Of a stretch of 31,640 nucleotides of DNA, positions 22,666-31,640 are shown piece by piece; position 1 is the stretch's first letter; each line of letters starts with the position of its first letter. The notes below the pieces were generated by a model, which had not been told where the DNA came from, made no database searches, and worked only from the letters and a program-made list of their open reading frames with translations. The DNA is from Tubiluchus corallicola (taxonomy: Eukaryota; Animalia; Priapulida), in the NCBI GenBank assembly GCA_030141605.1, contig JAQGDQ010001633.1:1-31640 (forward strand). The letters are read 5' to 3'. The position numbers and the translations under genes are program-made.

Positions 22666-23419
22666 TATTATTTAATCTAAACTTTGATTTACAAAAAGCT
22701 ATTGTAGTTTTCAATATTTTAGAACATTCTTTATTCTCAACTAATGTTTACACAATCATCTAGTTTTTCGTTAAAAAAGGAACATATGTCATACATGAAA
22801 AAATCACGTTCTTGACGTCAGGAAGCTGTTGATAAGAAAATATACAACCTAAAACGTTGCTTGCCATGGGGAATTCATCATACAAAGAAGCTTTAGACAG
22901 GTAGATTTAGGCATAAATTATCGTCGCGTAATCAAAACATATGATTCGCAATATGAGATAATGCAGCGGCCATTAAAGCAAATATGAGCAGAAATAAACC
23001 GCGCAGACAATAAAACCCGAGTAATGACGCAGAGCGTTTCATTCTCGTAAAATTCGGTAAGTTTTGACTCTCTGGAGGCGATCAGAACTCGCTTCATAAC
23101 ACTTTAAACAATGCGCTCATTGAGAGTGATAGGACTTCTGGGAATGCGGGAAAATACCGCTAAGAGTACGTACATTCAGTGATAGCAATGCTTTCAAACC
23201 GTGGTAAATGTGAACAAATAAATTTATCTTGTTTTGTTACGACGTTACGCGCATTTGCTTGATTTGTGGGCAATTTTTCTCTCTCGGCGTCATGATCTTC
23301 ATTGTCATGGTTGTCTTTATTGACGTCACCGCCGTAATCATCATCATCACACTCTTATTTGAGCGATCGACTGATCATTGTTTGTCAGGTATGCTGGTGG
23401 GCAGGCGGACAGATAAGCA

Positions 23420-23765
23420 ATAAGTCGGTTGGTCGGTCAATCAATCATTCAGTTTATTAATCAATCATTTAGTCAGTCAGTAAATCAACGAGACAGCCAA
23501 CCGGTCAATCAGCCAGTCAATCAAGCAATGAATCAAGCAATCAATGAGTTAACCTGTCAGTCAGTCAGTCAGTCAGCCAATAAATCAATCACTCGATCGA
23601 TCAATCAATCAATCAACCAATCAAGTAATCAATCAGTTAACTAGTCAGCCAGTTAGTCTATCAATGAGTTATCCAACCAAGTAATCAATCAGGTAACCAA
23701 TTAGTCGGTTAGTCAGTCAGTCAGTCAGTCAGTCGGTCAACCAATCAGTCAGTCGGTCAGTAAGT
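23420..23765. repeat. Degenerate tetranucleotide tract (TCAA/TCAG)n
   Basis: 4-bp periodic low-complexity sequence, directly visible. Confidence 0.9.
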
Positions 23766-24130
23766 TGCTAGATCTAGGTCGAACTTTCAGCTTAAATTAA
23801 TATGCTACACTTAAGGAGTAAGTTGTTAATCTTAAATGAAAACTAAACAAGTTTGAATATTGCCTGTTACATCTTTAATTAAAGCTAATATTTATATTCA
23901 TATTCAAAATTCACCTTTTTAACATCTTGCATAATATTTCCCCACATCGTCAGAAACAGCAAGACTCTTGAGTCAGCGAAATTTGGATAAAACAAACGAA
24001 GTCTCTGACTTAGACCTTTTAATTTTATGTAAAAAATCGAGTAAATCAAATAGCTATATTTAAAAAAATAATTATATTTGTTTTATCTAAACCCTGCTGA
24101 CTATATTTTATCTTACAGTTTCCGTTAACG

Positions 24131-24288
24131 TTATGCATTATGCAAAATTCTATATTTATATTATTTAATAAGAAAAAGCCCAATTATTTCGTTTCTGGAT
24201 GGGGCCATAAGTGGGTTCGAAACATTATGCATTATGCAAAATTCTATATTTATATTATTTAATAAGAAAAAGCCCAATTATTTCGTTT
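24131..24288. repeat. Perfect 64-bp direct duplication with 30-bp spacer
   Basis: 24131-24194 is identical to 24225-24288. The spacer is CTGGATGGGGCCATAAGTGGGTTCGAAACA. Confidence 0.93.
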
Positions 24289-24739
24289 TTTGGTGATGCA
24301 GTTTCACAAAAGCAACCGTCTCACGCGCACTAATTTCACTTACCACGAAAGTTTTATTAATTGAGATAATGAAAATTACGACCATGCGTCTGTCTGTTAC
24401 CTGCTTCGTGTAAATCATCTCAGCATCCGCTGTTGAGGTTAAATTTCACTTTCTTCAACTCCCACGCTAATAATTATGAAACAGAAGCTTTGCAGAAGAT
24501 TCATTGATGATTTCTCTTCCAGGCCGAATTGCTCGATAAACAGTTTGTCAGCTTGATAGCGTTTTCAGCATACCGCCTCGAAAGAAGTTCGTGAAGTTCT
24601 GAACATTATTTTACCTATCATGTTGCTATATTAGTAATTCTAATGTGGTAAATTAAGGCCGCCATCTTGGTTTTAAAGATGGCCACCACGATTTTTTGTT
24701 ATCTGCAGCATCACCGTTAATTTTTAATATACTATTCTA

Positions 24740-24903
24740 CTTATAAGAAAGGGCAGGGACTAGATGACCCTGTGGTCCTTCCCTGCCCTGCTCCATGATT
24801 ATAATTACTTAATATTTAAAAAACTTTTGATGTTAAACTAATTGGAGAAAATAAACGTTCTATGTCTATGTCTATGTCTATGTCTATGTCTATGTCTATG
24901 TCT
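24740..24903 (+). mobile_element. CR1-like LINE 3' end
   Basis: Stem-loop GGGCAGGGA-CTAGATGACCCTGTGGTCCT-TCCCTGCCC (24751-24788) resembles the CR1 GGACTAGATGA..GGTCCCTTCC hairpin. AATAAA and a (TCTATG)7 tail follow. Confidence 0.7.
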
Positions 24904-25692
24904 TGACGTCACAACGAAGTCTCGGGTTTTTTAGACAAGGAATCCACTAGCATTAGTACATTAGGTAACGTTAATCTACAAGATTGCCATTGAAATACGG
25001 ATGGCTATAGAAAAAAGTCTTTTTATTTTTTATTGTAAAACTAAAAGTATTTTTAATGCCTTCTCTCTCTTACAAACGTCGTATCGCGTCGTACCGTAAA
25101 AATCATCTGAAAGTAAAAAATTATTGATTTATATTATACAAAACTTGTTGACGGCTTACAGCCCCCTATTACAAACACGTATAATCATGTTTGTAAAAGA
25201 AAACTATTAGCTTTCACAGAGATAAAGTATATAATAGCCTTTAGGTTTTCACTGTTTTTATGCTATTTTGAAGTTCTCTTGTACTTTATTCTATGCCCAA
25301 ACTATGCTAAACAATAGCAGTCTCTCTGGAAATATTGTGCAAATGTCTTAGCAGTGGGTTTGCAACATGGATTACTTCTGGTTTCCTAGACATTTGTAGC
25401 ATTCCTAATAATGTATAAATGTGAACCAAATAAAGAAGTTACTATTGTACGACGTCGACTGTCACGCCGTCAAGGAAAACGGCAAAAATTGGTACTAGCA
25501 ATCGAATTTATTATTAAGTTTTGTCCTTGTGGTATTGATCCACAGAATGATCCTGCTTCATTCTGACACGATTTGACTGTGTCTCCAAATTTCTACCGTC
25601 TGCAGACTTCCCCATCTAGACACAACTACATTTCCCGCCAAATCATTGTTTATAATAGAAAGATGAATGTTTTCACTGCTAATAGTTTTGAA

Positions 25693-25816
25693 CAGGGCCT
25701 ATTTCAGGGGAGTGAAGTGGGGATACTTCCCCGGGTCCTCACCCTCCAGGGGGGCCTCGCGCCAAGGTAACTTTTTTTGCTTTATGCGAACATACTGCCC
25801 CCTCCCTCCCTCTCTC

Positions 25817-25904
<88 letters not shown>

Positions 25905-26140
25905 CACGCATTTGCCAGTATTGACAAGTATTAAGGACTGGTTTTGAGAATTTTTCTTTCAATTGTTCTTTCATTTAACAACTGTATAACTCCATATTTT
26001 CTCTTCGAAAATGCTTCTCCGGCGTTCTAGCTGTTCAAAAATTTTCTGGGCGCCAACCATGGTGGCGCTACACCCCCCCCCCCCGAGGGGCCTCACACGT
26101 CCCACTTTCCCGGGCCTCGCTTAGGCTGAAATAGGCCCTG
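25693..26140. mobile_element. hAT-superfamily non-autonomous element (448 bp) with internal (CT)n
   Basis: Perfect 15-bp TIR CAGGGCCTATTTCAG / CTGAAATAGGCCCTG and perfect 8-bp TSD GTTTTGAA (25685-25692, 26141-26148). Confidence 0.95.
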
Positions 26141-27231
26141 GTTTTGAATGCCTATAATTATAATTCTGTACCAAATACAGGTAAATGAGGGAAGTTGATT
26201 AAAGGGGGTTAATTAAAGACGCTGCACAGGTAACATTACACAGCACTACGTGATTAATTCTTTAGTGCAACGTGCAAAAAACCTAAAGCACAAGAAAACG
26301 CGCTTCATAAATAACATATGAACATTTTCTCTTGAAATTTTGCTCATTTACACGCTGTGCTATTGCATAGAGGGCTTGCGTTAGCGTTGCTTAAAAGCTG
26401 TAAATTTGAACTCCCGCGATGACCGTTAGGCGCAGCCATATTGACGATAAGTTATGTAAAACAAGTTTACGATGCGCTCATACTAGAGAATTTTCTCTCG
26501 GGGGTACTTTCTAAGACAAAATGCTCTATTTTGTGAATAACGCCAATTTAGCGAATCAGTGGTGCATACTGGGATAGCAATGGAGTGCCGTTTTACCACG
26601 TGGCGCGATTATTTTAAGTTATACATTGATTTATTAACAATTTTCGTTTTCAATTATATAAGTCTTTCAAACAGGTAAACGTAACGCTATGTAATACAAC
26701 TTTGTATGGAAAGCTTTTGCGATACACTTCAAAATATTTTCCCCCATTTAAATTTCGGGTTCACTAAGGTTCAGTTGCGTTTTGTTCATACGCAGCTCAT
26801 GTTTAGTGAACGCCTCAGTCCAACCACAGTGTTAGTTTATGGTTTAAGTCACGTGCGAATTCAACCTGATCTGGTAATTTAGATTTGCCAAGGACTGTCA
26901 ATAACACTTGGCAAATTTCTTCAACTAGAGGGCTCTGTCTGTTGATGCTAGCGAAAACTTTCTCCACTTGGAAATTATAACTCAATTTATTTCAACACTC
27001 AGCAATGAATCATTTTAATAATGCAAAAGATTAACAAACAGAATAAGTCTCGTTAGTTTAAACAAAATATTAAAATTTTCATAAACATTTGCCGTGTCCT
27101 CTATTAGTTTAATAACCGTTAAATTTTGTATTACAAGTTTCGTACTCGGGTTAACTTACTGACATGCTGACGGGCCAACTGTTTTCTCCCACGTGGTTCC
27201 ATTAATTAACCGTAATTGTAAAGTAACAAAA

Positions 27232-27752
27232 CGATGGGATGATGACGATGGCGACGATGATGATGATGACAATAATGTCGTCAATAACGATAATGATAAT
27301 AGAATGGCGATGACAGTGCATTGATGATGACGTAACAATGATGATGATCATGATGATGATGACAATAATGTCGTCAATAACGATAATGATAATGGAATGG
27401 TGATGACAGTGCATTGATGATGACGTAACAATGATGATGACAATAATGTCGTCAATAACGATAATGATAATAGAATGGTGATGACAGTGCATTGATGATG
27501 ACGTAACAATAACAATGATGATGATCATGATGATGATGACAATAATGTCATCAATAACGATAATGATAATGGAATGGTGATGACAGTGCATTGATGATGA
27601 CGTAACGATGACGTAACATTGATGATGATCATTATGACGTAACAATAACAATAAAGGTGATAATAATGGCTGTGATGGTGGTAAATTCGATGATAATGAC
27701 AATAAATGATAACGTTGGTGATGATAATAAAGATGATAATGAAAATGATAAC
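27232..27752. repeat. GAT/AAT-rich cryptic minisatellite with four 78-99 bp units
   Basis: The anchor GACAATAATGTC occurs at 27268, 27361, 27439 and 27538. Units differ in the number of GAT triplets. Confidence 0.9.
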
Positions 27753-27877
27753 GACATAGAGCCTGTTAATTGAACAATTAAACGGCTGCATGTAAAAGGG
27801 CCCGAACAGCACAGTTAGAAAGAGCATGTTGAGCTAACATCTTTATACTATATCCGTTCACAACACGGAAATTACAA

Positions 27878-28325
27878 TTCTTCTTCTTCTTCTTCTTCCC
27901 AGCTTTTCCCTATGCGAGGTCGCCGTTGTGAATGAGTCTTCTCCACGCATTCCTGTTGTTGACCATCTCTTCATTTATGTTCTTCTCTCTAAGGTCTCCA
28001 TGAATACATTCAAACCATCTCAGCTTGGGTCGTCCTCTTCCCAGCACTTCCATTTCCATGACCTCCCTTCCCACATCATCTTCCCCGACTCTTCTCCTCA
28101 GGTGTCCATACCATCGCAATCTTGCCTCTCATATCTTTTTCGAGGCTTCCACTACTTTCACTGTTCCTCTGATATTATTATTTCTAATTTTATCTCTTCT
28201 TGTTATTCCCACCATTCATCTCAACATCCTCATCTCCACCACACCCATTTTCTTCTCTTCGGTCTTCTTTAGAGAAGCTGCTTCCAGCCCATAGAATAGA
28301 CCGGGTCTGACCACTTCTTTGTGGA
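27878..28325 (-). mobile_element. RTE-clade LINE 3' fragment with in-frame stops and (GAA)n tail
   Basis: Translation VVRPGLFYGLEA..LKKTEEKKMGVVEMRMLR*MVGITRRDKIRN..IRGTVKV..SKKI*EARLRWYGHLRRR..GRGRPKLRW is the classic RTE C-terminus. (TTC)n at 27878-27898 is the tail. Confidence 0.92.
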
Positions 28326-28334
28326 GACTCATTC

Positions 28335-28473
28335 ATAGAAGGTTTTAGCGCAGTTTTTACAGCAGGCGGACAGGCGGATGCCCTTCCTGACCCTAACCCT
28401 CCCTATTTATCCGGGCTTGGGACCGGCACTGAGTTGGGCTGGCTTGCCCCCCCCCCCCCCCAGTGGCTAGGTT
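28335..28473 (-). mobile_element. RTE 5'-region / Meta-domain-like segment abutting the RTE 3' fragment
   Basis: Minus strand GTGCCGGTCCCAAGCCCGGATAAATAGGGAGGGTTAGGGTCAGGAAGGGCATCCG..GTAAAA, a motif I recall from RTE 5' UTRs and MetaSINE-type elements (from memory, not searched). Confidence 0.6.
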
Positions 28474-28911
28474 TACTCTTTATATTGCTTATTAATTATG
28501 CCTCTAATATTTGTACGCCATTGTATAATAGTGTTGGTATAGATCATTCTGATGTTGATGATCTTTTAATGATATAGCTGTAATGATATAGCTTAGGGGA
28601 AGAAAGGCTAATTTTAAAGACTAAAAGACCTTATATTACTCAAAGTATTCCACACAGAGTTATGTGACTTAGCACTATGCTTACCTGCTTGAAAAGACTT
28701 GTGTAACTAGAAAAGAAAATTGCTCTCGCCACCTGGTAACACGTCACTGGCTCACCTTCCCAGTGTGCACCACTGTCTCCCCAAAAACATACTATCAATC
28801 TTATTGACGAGATCAAGAAATTTAAACTTTTGCTTAGTTAGTGCAGAGTGCGCAACGAATGTTCTGGTTTTCCTTTCAAACTGAAATCAACATCCTGACT
28901 TGAGCAGCTAT

Positions 28912-29510
28912 GGCGTGGACATTTGGGCAGTTGACCCTTGGGCAGTCGGCACTTGCGCAGTGACACTTGGGCAGTAGGACGTTTCGGTAGTGGACATTTG
29001 GGCAGTCGACACTTGGGCAGTCGACACTTGGGCAGTAGGACGTTTCTGTAGTGGACATTTGGGCAGTTGACACTTGGGCAGTAGGACGTTTCGGTAGTGG
29101 ACATTTGTTCAGTTGACACCTGGGCAGTCGACACTTGGGCAGTAGGACATTTCGGTGATGGACATTTGGGCAGTTGACGCCTGGACAGTCGACACTTGCG
29201 CAGAAACACTTGGGCAGTAGGACGTTTCGGTAGTGGACATTTTGGCAGTTGACACCTGGACAGTCGACACTTGGGCAGCAGGACGATTCGGTAGTGGACA
29301 TTTCGGTGATGGACATTTGGGCAGTTGACGCCTGGACAGTCGACACTTGCGCAGAAACACTTGGGCAGTAGGACGTTTCTGTAGTGGACATTTGGGCAGT
29401 TGACACCTGGACAGTTGACACCTGGGCAGTAGGACGTTTCTGTAGTGGACATTTGTTCAGTTGACACCTGGGCAATGAACACTTGGCAACACGTTTGGGC
29501 AGTGAAACTT
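28912..29510. repeat. Array of ~15-bp units (GT.GACA.TTGGGCA and variants), probable subterminal arm of a fold-back/MULE-type DNA transposon
   Basis: The tandem array is directly visible, with interleaved variants such as GTAGGACGTTTCGGTA and GTCGACACTTGCGCA. No opposite arm is in the window. Confidence 0.8.
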
Positions 29511-29607
29511 GGTAATGGATACTTATAAAGACTCAAAGAAGCCAGACTTCTTTATGAAGGCTGGGTTAAGTTTCCCTCCTGAAAGGTGGTTTCGTTTGTG
29601 TTGTGCC

Positions 29608-29927
29608 CAGGGCTAGATTATCCTACAGGCTACAGCTTAGGACCCTGCAAGCTTGGGGACCCTACTAAAAGGTTTCCAAATGTAACTTAAAAGTGAATAT
29701 AACGTTTCAATATTTTGCATAACCCTTTAATTATACTAAACAGCAATTATAATTTATTTAGAAAATTTGCAGCTAGTTTACTTCAAGCTATATAAATGCC
29801 GCTAAAATATATCTATCACGAGTAAAAAATAGTCAAGACGAGTGCGGGCGAGTTGTGTCTCTCCGTCTGAGGGCGCTTCATAATTTCATTAGCCTAGAGA
29901 GCTGCAAATGCTCATAATTCGTCACCG
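29608..29927. mobile_element. Degenerate hAT-like MITE
   Basis: Imperfect TIR CAGGGCTAGATTAT ... ATAATTCGTCACCG. The flanks GTTGTGCC and GTTGCTCT only partly match. Confidence 0.4.
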
Positions 29928-29947
29928 GTTGCTCTTGTTGTAAAATT

Positions 29948-30156
29948 GTGAATTTGTAAATAACTCTTTAGCGATTTTTGGACAGTAATGATCATGTTAT
30001 GTGATCAAAAGTGTTTATCGTGAATTGGTAAATAAACCTTGAGGTGTTTTTGGACAGTAATGATAATGCTAGGCGATAATAAGTGTGTAGTGAGAATTTG
30101 TAAATAATTCTTCAGTTATTTTTTGACAGTAATGATCGTGTTATATGATCAAAAGT
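29948..30156. repeat. Three diverged 72-bp tandem units
   Basis: G.GAATT.GTAAATAA at 29948, 30020 and 30092, each followed by TT.GACAGTAATGAT. Confidence 0.88.
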
Positions 30157-31091
30157 CCTTTTTTGTAGTGATCTATGGACTGAACCAAAATATCATGTTC
30201 GACTATCTCTGAATCAGTCAGTAAATATATATATATATAAACGGCTTAAATTTTCAAACAGTCAAAAGTAGCGACATGGAGCCAACAGACGAAAAAAAAC
30301 ATGTCATTTTCAGAACAATTGCCATACACAAATCCATGGCGGAATTTTTAATATGTAACTGTAGGAAATAAACAGTCGATGTCAGATTGTTTCTAACCCC
30401 TTGATCAAACACGTGAAATCAATAAAGCCAGTCTTTCGAGAATTATTTCAGCATTAATGAATGAGCATATTTGCGTTGGAGTACGACCATTTATCAAATC
30501 GTCTATAGTAGTTTGACTTTTCGCAAGTGCTACGCTGTCACGCGCGTAATTAATTTATTCAGCGGTGTAAATTTCAGGTGATGCGTCGGAAATTCCGAAG
30601 TTTGTACAATATCCTGCCTCCGAGGGTTGAAATACTGACGCCAGAGAAAAATTCTCTTAGAATATATCTGATGCAATTAAATGGTTTCACTAAGTTGCCA
30701 AGCAAAATAAGAAGCAGTATTAGTGCTGAAACAGTGATTCGTGTAGATAAGTCATAAGTCATTTATTTGACCTTACACATTTACAATGATCACATATACA
30801 ATATCTAGTGAAAGGGCCTACAATGAACATAATACAAATAAGAAATACTGCACAGGAAAAGCATCAAAAGTGTTTTTGTGTTGTGTTGGGGAATCATAAA
30901 GCTGAGTTGTCCTAAAAGATATGCCGGGATAACGAAATTATATGTATATATTGTATATAGTCTATTATAATTTGCGTGTAATATTATAATGTATATTTTG
31001 TTTTAAATTTTTGGCACAGTAGTTTTTAGTTTGCACTGGACGCATTTGCCTTTAACAGTTGTGGGAATTTTATTCTCATGCTGCGATGTTC

Positions 31092-31102
31092 TTTTTTTTT
31101 TT

Positions 31103-31162
<60 letters not shown>
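31092..31162. repeat. Poly(T) tract (~70 nt, one G interruption)
   Basis: Directly visible. Confidence 0.97.
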
Positions 31163-31169
<7 letters not shown>

Positions 31170-31640
31170 TAAACTCAACTTGACGTCCTACTACGAACAA
31201 AATCGTGCGCATTGACAAAATGTTGCAGCCATGCCTTAGTCGAGGACGATCTTCAAATCATAATTGACGTACTGTTCTGTTTTGATTAATGCATAATTAA
31301 TGTATGTGCATAATTAAGCATTCTGTTTTAATTTACAAATCTTATTGTGAACTAATGCCCGCATTATTTTGTGCGTACTCTAGCCCATTTACCCATTTAT
31401 TCATACTTAGGACCGTTTACCAATTACATCGTTTCAAGTTATTTAATTAAACTTAAAATGTCCATTAATTAGTTTTCATTTGATAGCTACTTTTAATTAA
31501 CTTTAGTAAATTACTGCTAATTTACTGAAGCTATTTCATGCTGAAATAAATTAGCTTACAGTAGATTTTATTAACATTTTACATTTTGTAGCAGATCATA
31601 AACTGTAAATGTAATTTTGTCATTGCGTTGATTTCGTCAT

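Noticed and set aside
24395-24605. Minus-strand exon-like segment bounded by CAG and GTAAC
   Set aside because: All three frames contain stops and no homology is recognised.
27156-27827. His/Ile-rich ORFs
   Set aside because: They are translations of a GAT-triplet minisatellite. The plus-strand Asp/Asn frame is interrupted by stops.
28838-29536. Cys-rich ORFs (CPGVNCPNVHYRN) resembling metallothionein or zinc-finger repeats
   Set aside because: They are overlapping readouts of the 15-bp DNA array in several frames, with frame drift between units.
31092-31260. Poly(A) tail of a processed retrocopy on the minus strand
   Set aside because: No minus-strand AATAAA next to the tract, and no TSD or ORF within the window.

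Overview
AT-rich, repeat-dense eukaryotic DNA that looks like intergenic or intronic sequence from an invertebrate animal; the species cannot be told from the sequence. I found no intact, recognisable protein-coding gene. The long ORFs in the track are readouts of tandem repeats, and the only ORFs I recognise are C-terminal relics of non-LTR retrotransposons (two RTE-type, one RTE-X-like). The window holds at least five families of non-autonomous DNA transposons: a TATA-ended MITE with arrays of TCAAATGT (4 copies), a TTAA/Kolobok-like family (3 copies), a Tc1/mariner-like element, hAT elements with an 8-bp TSD, and a 15-bp-repeat arm. It also holds several LINE 3' tails, two minisatellites with higher-order structure, and two long fold-back palindromes. 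The most unusual items are (i) a tandem array at 9.5-10.4 kb carrying a tRNA-Lys(TTT)-like cloverleaf with its own Pol III terminator inside an inverted-repeat frame, and (ii) a 550-bp palindrome at 21.6-22.2 kb whose arms carry a minimal hammerhead-ribozyme-like motif of the Penelope-like-element type. All family assignments come from reading by eye, with no database search, so novelty is unproven.
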